This document shows positions 43,179 through 59,100 of a stretch of 64,000 nt of DNA, in pieces. A program made the translations under genes and the position numbers. The DNA is taken from assembly GCF_009914755.1 (NCBI RefSeq), contig NC_060928.1. One strand, 5' to 3'. Positions within the stretch are counted from its first letter, which is position 1, and every line of letters begins with the position of its first letter. The DNA is from the human T2T-CHM13v2.0 reference genome, Homo sapiens. Under the pieces are notes generated by a model. That model ran no database searches and was not told the origin of the DNA. It was given only the letters and a program-made list of their open reading frames with translations.

Positions 43179-46100
43179 CTTTTCATGTACTTTTCATGGA
43201 TATTTGTATATCTTGTTTAAAGACATGCATACTCAAGTTCTTTGCCCATTTTTGAATTGAATTGATTATTTTTTCATTACTGAGCTTTAGAAGTTCTCTA
43301 TATATACTGAATATTAATCCCTTATCAGTTGCAAATATTTTCTCCCATTCTGTGGGTTGCCTTTTTACTCTGTTGATACTGTCTTTTGATGCACAATTTT
43401 TAAAAATTTTTATAAAGTCCAGTTTGTCTATTTTTATCTTGTTGCCTATGCCTTTTATGCCATATCCAAGAAAATAATCCAATGTTGTGAAGCTTCTGTC
43501 CCATGTTATCTTCTAAAGATTTTATAGTTTTAGGTGTGAACTTTAGGTTTTTAATTCATTGTGAGTTATTATTATTTTTTTTGCATGTAGATATCTAATT
43601 TTCCGAGAATCATTTGTTGAAAAGGTTATTCTTTCCCCATTGGATCCTTTTGGCACTCTTTTAAAAAAATCATTTGACCATGTATGCAAGGGTTTATTTC
43701 TGGGCCCTCTATTCTATTCCACTGGTCTATATGTATGTCTTTATGACAGTACCACACTGTATTAACCACTGTAGCTTAGTAGTAAGTTTTAAAATCTGGG
43801 AATGTGAGTCCTCTATCTTCATTTCACATGAATTATAAGGTGTTTTTTTTTTTTTAGCTTCTGCAAGGAGGATTGTTGGGATTTTGATAGGTATTACCCT
43901 GAATCTGAAGATCGCTTTCGGTAGTGTTGATGTCTTAACAGTTTTGTCTTCCAATCTATGAACATAGAATGCATTCCTATTTATTTATGTCTTCTTAAAT
44001 TATTAGTTTTCATTGCACAAGTCTTTAGCTTGCCTGATTAATTCCTTAGTTTTTTTTTTTTGTTTTAAAGCTATTGTTAATGAAACTGTTTTTATGATTT
44101 CTTTTTCAGATTGTTCATTGGTAGTATATAGAAATGCAAGACTTTTTTCTTCACATTGACCCAATTGTATCCTGCTACTTTGCAGAATTTATATATTAGC
44201 TCTAGCAGGTTTTTGGGGGGTCTCTGTCTGTGAAATCTTTAGAATTTTCTGTATATAAAATCATATAATTTGCAAACAGAGATAATTTACCTTTTCCTTT
44301 CCAATTTAGATACCTTTTTCTCCTTGCCTAATTGCTCTGGCTAAACCTCCCACTACTATGTTGAATAGAACTAGCAAAGTGGGCATTCCTGTTTTGTTAC
44401 TGATCTTAGAGGAAACGTTTTCAGTCTTTCAGCATTGAGTATGTTTACTGTGAGTTTTCATATATGACTTTTATGTTGTTAAGGTCATTTTCTTCTATTT
44501 CTAGATTATTGAGTTTTTTATTATAAAAGAATGTTAAATTTTGGCAAATGGGTTTTCTTTATCAAATGAAATAATCACGTTTTATCCTTCTTCCTGTTAA
44601 TATGCTTGGTGTATTAAATGGATTATTGTATATTGAACCATTCTTGCATTTCAGAAATAAATTTCACTTAATCATAGTGTATAATTCTTTTATTTTGCTG
44701 TAAAATTTTGTTTACTAGTATTTTGTTGAGGGTTTTTGCATCAATGCTTTTAAAGGATATTGGTCTATAGTTTGATTTTCTTGTAATATCTTTGTCCAGC
44801 TCTGGGATCAAAGTAGTGCTGATCTCATAGAATGAGTTACAAAGTGTTCCCTCCACTTTAATTTTTTTGAGAACTTTGGGCAGTATTAGTATTAGTTCTT
44901 CTTTAAATGTTTGGTAGAATTGGTAGAATTCACCCATAATTCCATCAGGTTCAAGATCTTTCTTTGTAGGATATTTTTTATTTGTAATTTAATCTATTTA
45001 CTAGCGATAGTTCCATAAATTTTCTATTGCTTCATGATTTAGTGTTGGTAGGTTCTGTGTTTCTAGAAATTTTTCAATTTTATCTAGATTCTCCAATTTG
45101 TTGGAATACAATTGTTTGTAGTACTGTCATAATACTTTTATTTCTGTAAAATTATTAATAATGTTACCAATTTTATTCCAATTTTAGTAATTTGAGTCTT
45201 CTTTCTTTCTTTTCTTAGTCCACCTAGCTAAAGGCTTTTCAATTTTACTGATCTTTTAAAATAATCAAATTTCATTTCATTGATTTTTCCCTATTTTCTA
45301 TCTGCTATTCTATTTATCTTTGCTCTGATGTCTATTTTTTTTCCCTTCTGCTAGTTTTTGATTAAGTTTGTTTGTGTTTTTCTAGTGCCTTAAGTTGTAA
45401 ACTCAGGTTGTTGATTTTGGATTTTCTTGCTTTTTAATGTAAACATTTATAGCTATAAATTTATCAATTACTACTGTTTTCTATGTGTCACATAAGTTTG
45501 GGTATGTTGTATTTTCATTTTCCTTTATATCTAAGTGTTTTCTATTTTCCCTTGTAATATCTTCTATAAGACCATGTTGGTTAATTGCAATAAATTTTTG
45601 GATTTTCCCGTATTACTTTTGTTATTGATTTCTAATGTCATCATTGTGCTTGGAGAAGAGACTTCAGATCATATCTACCTCTTTTTAAATCTATTGAGGC
45701 TTAATTTGTGACCCACCACATGGTCTATCCTGGAAACTGTTTTATGTGCACTTGAGAAGAATGTGTATGATGTTGTTGAGTAGAGTGTTCTATATATGTC
45801 TGTTAGATCTAGTTAGTTTATCATGTTTAACTTCTCTATTTTCTTACTTATCCTCCGTCTGGTTGTATCTCCATTATTGAGAATAGGGTACTGAAGTCAT
45901 CAACCGTTACTGTACAACTAGCTATTTCTCCCTTTAATTTTATCAGTTTTTGATTCATATATTTGATTGTCTGTCATTAGGTACATAAATGTTTATAATT
46001 ATTACATCTTGCTGTATTGAATTTTTTATTAATATATAATGCTTTTTTTTCTCTTTTAAACTTTTCAAAAGTCTATTTTGTCTGATATTAGCATAGCTAC

Positions 46101-47897
46101 TCCTGCTCTATTTGGATTACTATTTGTATGGAATATCTTTTTCCATCTTTTCACTTTTAATCAATTTGTGTTGTTGGATCTAAAAGTAGTCCTTGTATGT
46201 AGCATATGGTTGGATGATGTATTTTTATCAGTTTTGCTAATCATTGTCTTTTGATTGGAAATTTTATTCCACTTACATTTAAAGTAATTAATGATAAAGA
46301 GGAACTTACTTTGTTCTCTTATTATTTGTTTTCCATAATACCTTATAACTTTTTATTTCTCATTTCCTGCATTATTATCTTCTTTTGGTTTTGGTTTTTG
46401 TATTGAAATGTTTACATTTATTTCTTATTTTCTTTTGTGTATATTCTATAGCTGTCTTCTTTGTAGTTATCATGGAGATTACACTTAACATCCTAAAGTT
46501 ATAACATTCTAATTTGTGTTTATACCAGCTTAACTTCAATAACATACAAAAACTTTTCTCCTTTACAGCTTCATCCCCACAGCTTTCAGTTGTTTATATC
46601 AGAAAATTATATATTTATACATTGTGTGCCCATAAACACATACTAATAATTCTTTGAAATGCACTACTTTAAAAAATTATTTGGAGTTGATTATGTGGAG
46701 GTATATACCAAAGTAATACTAGCTTTTGGACTAATAATTCTTCTAATGTATTAGTCTCTGAAATCATATAGGAAAAAAAGTAGAGTTAAAAACTTTTGTT
46801 ACAATCATACTAAGTTTTACAAATGCCCACATATTTCATATTTCCCTTTATTGAAATCTGTTTCTCTCCCTATGACTTCAAGTTACTGCCTGGTATCCTA
46901 TCATTTCACAGAAGTCCCTTGAACATTTTTTACAGGGCAAGTCTAGTCCCTTGGGCTTTGCTTATCTGGAAATGTCTTAATTTCTTTCTCACTTTTGAAG
47001 GATAGTTTTGCTAGAGGTAGGATTTGGGGTAAGCAGAGTTTTGTTTTGTTTTTCTTTTAGCACTTTGAATAGATCAGCCCACTGCCTCTGGCCTCCAAAG
47101 TTTCTGGTGAGAAATCTGCAAGTAATCTGATCCTTGTCTATTATGAGTTGGTTCTCTCTTTCTGCTTTCAAATTCTCTTTTTCTTTCAAAAGTTTGATTA
47201 TAATGTATCTTCGTATCCCTTTGAGTTTAATTTAGCCGGAGTTCATTGATTTTCTTGCATGTTAATATTCATGTCTTTCACAAAATTTGAAATCTGATTG
47301 TCATTAGATACATATATGCTTATACTTGTTGTATCTTCTTCAGCCATTGTTTCTTCACATATTCTCCATGCCCCTTTCTCTTCCTTTTCTCCTTCTGAGA
47401 TACGTACAATGCATATGTTCATCTGTTTCATGATGTCCCAGGGGTCCTTTAGTCCCTATTCATTTTTCTTCAACCTTTTTCTCTCTGTTTCCCAGATTTA
47501 TTAATGTCCGTTTTCTTATCTTCAACTCTACTGATTCTTCTGCCTCCTCAAATCTGCATATAATCCCTCTAGTGAATTTTTAAATTTTAGTTAAATTTAG
47601 TTATTATTATTTCAACTCCAGAATTTTTTGTTTCTTTTTAGGTTTTTTATCTCCTTATCAATATTTTCATTTTGTTTATACATCATTTTCTTGATATTCT
47701 CCACATCTTCCTTTAGTTCTTTATACATCTTTAAGACAGTTGTTTTAAATGTTTGTCTCATATAGCTGCCATCAGGTTTTTTTCAGGGGTAGTTTTTGTT
47801 AATTTACTTTTTTTCCTTTGAATAGGCCATACTTTTCTGTTTCGTTGTATGCCTTCTCATTTTTTTGTTGGAAACTGTACATTTGAATCTAATAATA

Positions 47898-48877
<980 letters not shown>

Positions 48878-50479
48878 GTGATAACTCTGGAAAGCATAGT
48901 CTCCCTCTTCCTCACGGTTTGTTGTTTGTTTTGTTTTTGTTATTTGTTTGTTTTGTTGTTGTTGTTGCAGGCTATCTCTGTGCCTAGAGTTAGCCTGTGG
49001 TGTAAAGTTAAGGTTTTCCTAGCTCTTTTCTGATCCTTTCCCTGGGCACAGGTAGTCGCTTTCTTATTTTCCCCATATATACTGTTGTTTTTTTGAATCT
49101 CCTAAGTCTTTAATATCTGACTCCCAAAAGGGGAAAAAGAGAAAAATGACAGGGATTTGAGAGAGGGTGCAGGGCCCTTTAAACCCTCTGGAAGTCATTT
49201 CAACTGGAGAGGGCGGAGCAGTGGATTGCATTAATGGGGAAGGGGCAACAATGGCTGCCTGCCTTTTGTCTGCACCTCTGTGATCTGAAGCAACAATCAG
49301 TGCTCAGAGCACAGATCCCTGATATTTGGAGAATAGGGCCCTCTTTACCTCCTCTGGCTCCTGCAAGCTGTTTTCAGGGTTTCAGAAACAGGTGCACATC
49401 AGGTTTGCCAGGTAGTGAGGGGTGGGGGATGAGTAGCTGCTACGCCGCGAAAAGCTGAAATCGATGGAAATTAACCATACTTCGCTGTCCAAGCCTTCCC
49501 GTGGAAGTTGCAAGCCTTCAATACACTCCAGAGTTCCAAAATAGTTAGAGATTCCACCGACGCAATTGTTGTCTAGGTCGGGAGACAGATTCTCGGAGCT
49601 TCCAACTCTGCCGTCTTCCCAGTATCCTCCAATAATTCCTTTAGTTTTTTCAAGGTAAGCATTTCAAATTTTTTGCAAGATTAATTTTATCAAAATTATA
49701 TTTATTATACTTCAAGGATTGAAACCTTGAAATATATTTTCATGAAATGGGAATATAACTAAAATAATTTAAATAGAGACTCCAAGGAAAATGTGAGATT
49801 CTTGTTGCATATTGTTCTAAGATCTTTTTAAATTGTCCAAACCAACCAACCAACCAGAGAAAAGGACGTAAAGGCAAAAATAAATAACCATTTCCCCTCA
49901 TTTTCTGCTTTTGAGTACTAGTAAAGGAAAAGAGTGTTGTAGACTAATGGAAATGTTTACTTCAAGAAATAGCCACTTTTTCCTTGCTTCTCTTTATCTC
50001 ACTATTTTATCAACTAGGGTGTGGAAAAAGTTTTTATTGACATTGTTTCTAAAGAACATCAGGATTTCTAAAAACAGATGCACAAACAAACCAAAAACAA
50101 ATGTGTATTTGTATATTTAAGTTACTTTTGATTAATGGATTTGAGAGAAAGGCCAACACCACCAAAGTGTAAATCAGTTTAAACCATACAGAATGCACAC
50201 TTACTAGGACTTACAGTATTATTTGTTATCACTATGTGTTACGGGAGGCAGGGAGGTAACATTGCTAAAAAGGGAATTTTACTTAACTATTTACATGTTG
50301 CTGAGATACCCTAATATTTTTTAGAATATTTCTTAGCTAGATTGTCAGTTTTTAAGGGCGCAGTGTTACCTATTTATCATAGTGTTTTGCAATTCAGGAG
50401 GATGAATAGGGTTCAACACAAGAACTGCAAGCCAGTTATGGAAACTAGTGTCAAGACAGGCATTAGAAAAGTTTAAGTA

Positions 50480-50787
<308 letters not shown>

Positions 50788-51121
50788 TCATTCAGTTTAT
50801 AGAGTTTTGATAGATGTGATAATACTGAAAGTGGATCTTGAAAGATAAGGAAAAATTGACGTTCATTTTATTCATTTAGAAAAATTTTCTGAACCCCTTT
50901 TAAGTATCAAATGTTGTTTGACTTACTAAAGATACCACTGTCAGTCAAACAGGCATAGTCCCAGTCGTCAAACAGCTTAATTCATGAGAGAGAAATAGAA
51001 GATGAACAAGTAATATACAGTATAATGTTAGGTATTGACAAGTCCTGTGAAGAAAACACTACCCACTACTCACTTTAAGAAGTTATGGACAGGAACGGTA
51101 TTTTAGAAAAGGGTGATTGGG

Positions 51122-51461
<340 letters not shown>

Positions 51462-51704
51462 TCAACAGAGGATGAGTATTCCAGGTAGGGAGAAATGCAA
51501 GGGGAAAGGCCAAAAACAAGAATATGCTTGGCATGTTGGAAAAACATCAAGAAAGTTGCAAACTACAGTACAGTGTGTTGTAAAGGAGAAAAAGTATTAT
51601 CTTTTTTTCACTCATCACAAAGTCCATGGCCGAGACTCCTATAACAAAAGATTAACAAAAGAAAGGCATAACAAGTTGATTTAATAGAAGTTTTACACGA
51701 CATG

Positions 51705-52093
51705 TGTTCAAAGAAAAACTTTAGCCGAATTAAATTTAAAAGAGTAATGAATGAGTCATGAATCAAACAACCTCCTGAGCCAGGGTAGGCTCAGGCTCCA
51801 GTGCATTCACATATTGGAAGAAGATTTATGAACAAAAAAAGAAAGTGATCTCTATGAAATGGAAGTGTGAGGTACAGAAACAGCCAGACTGGCTACAGCT
51901 CAGTATTGTCTTATTTAAACATGGTTTGAACAATTGGCCACGTTTGATTGGCCAAAACTCAGTGATTGGCACAACAGTAGGTTACAGCCCATTTACACCT
52001 CTATTTAGGTTGTAGTTCACAATATACAGAGAAACCTTTAGGCTGAACTTAAAATACATAAGGAGGCAGCTTTAGGCTAAACTTTGTTTACCA
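51705..52093 (-). mobile_element. MER51-type ERV1 solo LTR
   Basis: tgttcaaagaaaaactttagccgaattaaattt...aaggaggcagctttaggctaaac; 4-bp TSD CATG at 51701-51704 and 52094-52097. Confidence 0.85.
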
Positions 52094-52346
52094 CATGGGA
52101 GCCTTCAGAAACTGAGACCCAGAGAAACGGGGAGATCCGTGTGTTTTCACAGACAGTTATACATAAGCATGATTGGAGGACAAAGGGGTATGACCTAACC
52201 ATAATCAACTGGGGGAAATTTAGCAAGGCCTATTTGTTCAGTTTCTTCTTGGTGTCATTATGTTCATTCCTTCCTTCCAGGTTTGGTGTAGGACACCTGT
52301 CACATGAGGTTCTTTGGAGAAGAAGGTCAGAGAATGAACCTCCTAG

Positions 52347-52665
<319 letters not shown>

Positions 52666-54479
52666 CCCTCCTAGGTTTTATGGTCTGCTTCAGGGAAGAA
52701 GGGGGAGAGGGAAGGTCAGACAGAGTTTACTGCTTGTGCTGTTTTCTTCATTTCCAAGGTGTCATATTTTGGGTTAACATTTCTTACACCCCGTCAGAGT
52801 AAAGGAGAAAATGGTAGGAAATGCAGCCAAGGCCACAGCCCGGTGCCGAATCCTGTAGCGCCTTGTCAGAAAAAAACTAGTGTTGAAGGGTGTTTCACAC
52901 AGAAAGGTCAAGGTATAGAAAGACACATACGCCAGAATATGAATGGTATGTTCAGAACCTTTTAAGCAATTCACTGTGACTTTGTTGCATTTCACAAATG
53001 GGAAGTATTAAGAAATAACAAAATGAGGATATGCAGGAGTTGGGGCGACTTGAGTCTTCTTTCATTAAGCAGATTAGGACTGGTTGAGCAATTGGAGTAG
53101 AGGCTGGTGTGTCTCCTTTGTGTGTTGGTAGGATCGCCATCAGCAGAGTGAGAACCAGTCGAGGTGAGTGAGACTGGAGGCTAGGAAACCAGTGAGGACG
53201 GTATATGGCCAAAAAGCAAATGATCAGAACTGCAACAGAAAGGTGACATTAAACAGTGTTAAAAGGTATAAACTTCTCATTAACTAAACCACATGGTAAG
53301 GTCCTGAAGGGCAAAAAACATAAATCCCGTAGTATCATTGCCTCACAAATAAAATACACTCAATAGATGCTTTTGTAGCAATTATTTGCTTTAACTTGAA
53401 ATTTGGATATATCAAAATGAAGATAGGAAAACCCTTATATAATTAGGAAAAATGTAAGTTTCTGATTGTATATATACATTGATAGACAAAGAAGATATTT
53501 TAAAACCTTAACAAAGAATGCACTGGTCAAGAATTCTGCCAAAATTAGTTCAAATTGATGGTAAATAAATATAATATTTTTTTTTCATCTTGGAGCAGAA
53601 GAATTCTGACACTTAGCAGTCGGTGTTGTTCACCATACTAAATACAGTTTTGGTTACTTGCATCAACCATTTTGATAGTAAAAAGACCGGAAGAAGATCT
53701 GCTGGTCATTATAATTCATCAAAGAATTCCACATAACCTGATGACTTTATACAAGTCCTTTCCATCCCCTTAGGCAGAGTAAAAACCATTTGGAAACATT
53801 TCATGGAAGAGTAACACAAACAATTAAGGTGTAATATGGCTAAATGACAGTTGAAAAACACTTAAAAGTCTTAATTGAAATGAGAACACTTCTAGGACTG
53901 GCTTGAGGTGGTAGAATTACTTAGATTAATGTGAGTAAAATAAGAGATAATGGCATGAAATTGAGTAAATCATGCTGACCCTAGAGTTTGTGGATCATCA
54001 AACATACAAATGGCAGTTTTAAAATCACCTTTTCCTTGGAGCGTTTAAGTATAAATATACATTACTGACATTTTAGGGGGAAATTTTCTTTAGAATATAA
54101 AATAATGGGCACGTTCACATGTTTAAAATTGTTCTGTCCGGTATGTAGTGCAGAAATGCAGAAATGTTCGTGCTATTAAAAGGAGCCGGGTGGTGAGCCA
54201 GACTCTACCATCTGGGGGTAGAGTTTACGCCACTGCATGAAACTAAATTTGAATACTAGACCAGCAAACAAGTTAATGTCCCAGTGCCCAGCTCTACACA
54301 TGTGGCAACTGGGCTTCTGGCCTCTTCACTCCAACCACAGTAAAATTTCTGAGTTTTCTGTTCTAACTCCCCAAACATTTGCCAGTTACAGGCACCTCAT
54401 CTATGTAACAGAGATGTCAATTTCTTTTATTTCTCTCATTCTTAATATGAATAAATCAATAAAACCAGACTTTTGAGGA

Positions 54480-56470
54480 GAGCATGGGGAATGAAAGAAA
54501 CAATAAAGACAATGATTAACCACAAAAAATGACTCCAGAGGAAAAAGTAATAACAAAAAGAGCAGAAGAGACCTTTAAAGGTTATATATATATTTCTGTA
54601 AAGAGAAGTGGAGGATAATACACGTTTGGGATATATATGAATGAAAGGTCTGGGATTTTACCCTGCTTGTTTTGACTAGTCTGCCATATTTTTGTGAATG
54701 CTGAGCAGAGATATGAGACCTCTGGGAGACAGAGTACTGTTTACTACTCACAACAATAGTTCTGGACAGAGTATTAGCACTCTTTTACCAGTTCATTAAG
54801 CACCAATCTCCAGAGGTTGAGGCAAAGAGAGCTAAGTGACACGTGCACATACAGTGAGTGACATTAAAGGAAAAGCTTTAATCTTCAGAAATCTTTATAA
54901 CGGAAGGAAAGCCTGCCTGATAGTTACATCTGAGTGAGTCAACACTTTCTTTGTTATACTGAACAGTGAACAAAATTGTCCTTCTTCCTAGAGGGAGGAG
55001 CTTTATCTTCCAAAGTATTTTTCTATACAAAATTCTTTGAAAAGGTAGTGTGGACTAAAGGAAGTCCATGCCTCTACTCACAAGAGGCAGAAATGGAGGC
55101 TTTTGAAAATTGTCTCTAAATATGTGTAACCTGTCTCTAAGTATATGTAACCTAAGAGAAATGTGAAAAGGTATTATATGGAAAAGACTAAAAATGCATG
55201 CTATGTAAGGTAGACAATCAGAAAAGAAAAAAAATAGAACTTAAAAGTGCAATCTATTAACTTTAAAAAATTGTAGAAATGGTGGAAAATAAAATTTAGG
55301 GGACTTTCAAAAACAGAGTAATTTTTTAAAAAAGAAAGATGAGGTAAATATGAAACTATAAGAAATATTGAGAATCAAATCATAAATCAAACATTCAACT
55401 AGTACAAATTCATGAAACTACAGAGATAACAGAAGTACAAAAGTTATCAAAAAAAAAAAATTACAAGAAAACATCTCCAGAGTTTAAGAAAGATGTATGT
55501 CTTCCAATTCTCCTGCCAAAGAGAGAGAGTAAAACTTCCCAGCTGAAATGCATAATAGTGCAATTTCAGATTATTAAGAGGTGTGCAGAAGTAAGAATGT
55601 CCAAAAATTTCAGGAAGAGGAAATCTGTTCAAACAGTCATGGGCCAAATTTGAAATATATCAGATTGAATTAAAACAGGAAGTCACTGTGCTTCAAGAAA
55701 TTTAATTTAATGAATATCAAACAGAATGAATGGTAATCTGAAAGGTAATAGTAAGATGATGTTTCTTATTCCAACAAGAAAGAAGAATTTCATACTTTTG
55801 AAAACTAATAAATACAGAGAAGTGAGGGGAATCCATTAGAACCTTCTCCTTGAAATGGCAGAGAGTTTATGACTGTCTTACTGCAGAGAAGGACATGTTC
55901 CCTCAGCCATTGATTTGCCTTTATAGTGAACAATATTCACATAGTCAAAATGACATAGATCATGCTTTATGATTTTTAATATTTTAAATCAATTTATAAA
56001 CAAATAATGAGACCATAATGGTACAGAATAGTGCCGGTGTTATCAACTGTGACAGTGGCTCACACAAGTAGGAAGGAGCAGTGGAAGGAAAACAGAGGAG
56101 CACTCATCTCTTCATCTTTCAAAGTCTAGTCTTGACTACATAAGACAAAATTTCAAGTGTATTATTAAAAGCCTGACAGTAAACAAACACTGAAGGAATT
56201 GAAGCAAGATAAAAATGAGTGGGCAGGAAAGGAGAATAGGAAATCAGTTAATTCTTACCTATTACGGCAGAAACACAATATAAAATGATTAGTATTAATG
56301 AATCAAGAAAGTACCTAGAGATATGGAAGTAACTACCAGAAGAACTAAAAGGAAAAATAGTTAAAAGTGGTTGCCTCTGGGAAGCAGCACTGGGGATAGG
56401 TAAGGAAGCAGCAGGGACCAGTCTTTCTCATTATACTTCTGTACTACTATTATTAAAATGCCTATGTGTA
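54480..56470 (+). mobile_element. Ancient L1ME-type remnants, interrupted by LTR47
   Basis: ORF1-like A-rich segments; 3' UTR motif aaatagttaaaagtggttgcctctggg. Confidence 0.5.
54642..55122 (-). mobile_element. LTR47-like ERVL solo LTR
   Basis: ggtctgggattttaccctgcttg...tatcttccaaagt...gcctctactcacaagaggcagaaat...aattgtctc. Confidence 0.65.
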
Positions 56471-57254
56471 ACAATATATTAACAGGGTACAATTATTCTT
56501 TCTGTTTAAATTTTTTTAAGAGACAGGGAATCTTAATTATAGCATTTCCCTTATGGTATTGGAATGAGGTCTTGCCTTAAAAATCAGATTCATAAAAGCT
56601 TAGAATTGTTTTTAACTCTGTATTTGTATTTTAATTTGAATATCATTTTACTGATTTTTTGGGGGGGCAATCATTTGATATATTTCAGACTATATGTATG
56701 CTTTGTAATATGAAATCTGTATGCCCTCAGTAGTCAAATACATTTTTTTAGATAGTAATGGTAATTTAGAATTTAATTTCTTAAAATGAGCTTTTGGTTC
56801 ACTTCCTTTTCTCTAACAGTAAGTAGTAAGATGGTATTACATAATCTAATAGCGGACATAATGTTATAAGTGTTTACTGAGGAAAAGAAAGTATGATTTT
56901 ATACTTCTGCATTTATTTCCAAGAATGTATATATATATATTTTTGGAAGCTTTTATTTCTGCCTACTAGTTCCAGCAACTTTTATAATGGAGATGTTCAG
57001 ACTAATCCAAAGGGCAATTTACACTTAACCTTTTTTAAAGGAATTCCCTAAGCAGGATGTCTCAGCAGCTCATTTACAATTCTTACTACAGACAACAGGC
57101 TACAGCTTGTCTCCAAAATTGGCTTTATGAGTTGTAACTGCAGGAGTAGACAGTAAAGGTTTTGCATTCGCTGCATCTTGGCAAAGGGATTATACCTCAA
57201 GCAGCTTTCCCTGGAGTCCAGTCAAATAGAATCAGGGGTGAGGAAATTACTGAC

Positions 57255-57300
57255 CTTTTTCTACTGAGCTGCCATGAACCTCATGCAAAGAAGCCCTTTG
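57255..57300 (-). other. Candidate 46-nt spliced exon (gene unidentified)
   Basis: Minus strand: tttcttgcccttcctcAG|caaagggcttctttgcatgaggttcatggcagctcagtagaaaaag|GTCAGT. Confidence 0.3.
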
Positions 57301-59100
57301 CTGAGGAAGGGCAAGAAATCACTTGAGTGTCTTTTCCTGATCTATAAAGTAGTCTCTCTCTGTCTCTGTGGATATTTCTTGCACAACCTTTCTCCCTTGG
57401 TCCTATATGTGTATATATGATGCGGGAGTTTTGACAGAGCATGTTAGGGGACAACATCAAGTCAGGGTATTTCTTAAATGTCTGGTCTGACTGATAAAAA
57501 TATTGTGATATTATCCTATAACTACCCCCAATAGACATTTCTACAGCAGCACCTAATCCTCATGTAGGAGCAATGTTGGCTGTTTCTCAAAGGGATTGCC
57601 ACTTGGACTCAAGACGAACTAGAGAAAGCAAATGAATCTGTGAAATCTTGAGGTAATTACAGGGACAAAATAAACATTGAATGGTATAAGGGATAAATGC
57701 AGCTGGGCATAGTCCTCGGAACCCACAGCAAAGCAAATGTTAAATAAAACATGATACTTTGAGGCATTAGGCCACTAATTGCTATGGATGATTAATGGGG
57801 AATTTTTTCAGAGTCAACATTAAAAATTGATCTTAATTTTTAGCATATTTAGGAATACAAAGATGAAATCTAGATCTTTTTGTATCAGGGAAATATTGTG
57901 AGAGATGTTTTTACTTATTATGTGTAACCTCTTAAAAATCTCTAAACTGTGAACTTTTCATATTCCAAAATTTCACAGTAAGAATACTCAGGTCAGACCC
58001 TAAGCTCAAATGTCATATAGATATTTCACATTCTTCTTTTTTGAAGAAAAATTTCCTAGTGATCCTAATATTTATGTGTATGCATTATTACGTATTATAT
58101 CTCCTACATAAAACCTAACTATCTCTATATAAATGTTTCAGACTTCATACCTGGTTTAAACTGTTAAGAGGTTATTCTCAATTACTTTATTTCTCAAGTC
58201 CTAGGAAATTTGAAAGAGGAAAAGTGTTTTCAAATGATAATACCATAGAAAAAGCTATTGCTTGAGATTGTATATCAGAGTCACTGACTCAATAGTAGGT
58301 AGTCACTAAACACATTGTTTTCAAATATATTTTAAATTAGTAAGAATTTTCCTTTCAATGCCCAGTATAGCTAAGATGGTGATTTGTGCAGGTTAAGATG
58401 TATCCCTTGAGCTAGGTAGTGTGAATATTAATCTTTTCAAGGCATCGGCATTGTTTCAAGAATAATATAGAGAATAGAAATAAAAATTTTACAGAAAAAC
58501 ACATTGATTGTATGATCTCTCTTATAGATAAACTAAGACTTAGAGAAAAATTTTTTAAGTCATATGCTCTCTTGTGCCTATTAAAATTACATCATTTTTG
58601 TGGCATAATGGGACTAATCTGTAGTTCTACTTCCTGTTTCCTTTATGGGGCCTTCTCTCATCTGTTCAAAGTGTCTTGAGTTACTCAACTCCTTTTCCTT
58701 CTTTTGTCATAGGGGAGTGTGTGTGTACTTGTGCATGTATGAAACAAAGTCTTACTTGATTAAAGTTTCTTTCATGGTGACCCAAATTTCATATATGAAC
58801 TATTTCAAACGTCTACATTTTAATGCCACACAACAGATGCTTTTGAGTGTTTCACATTGACACATTCAAACCGCTTTGGGTCTTTGCCATTTAATGCATA
58901 ATGTTGTGGGACTTTCACGTCCTTGGGGAACTTGACAGTCACAAATCCCTCACCTGTAGGGCAAGAGATTTGGGTGGGGAAAGGGAGAGACCTTTCTCTT
59001 TTCTGGAAGCTCTGTTCCAGGCACCTAGTCAATCCAACAGCTGGTTTAAATAAATGATTACAGGCTGCCTAAAAACCATGCAGAGTTGGGAGAGAGAAGG

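Noticed and set aside
57281-57538. 85-aa ORF in unique sequence as a processed pseudogene or small gene
   Set aside because: No recognisable homology, poly-A tail or TSD; the length is compatible with chance.
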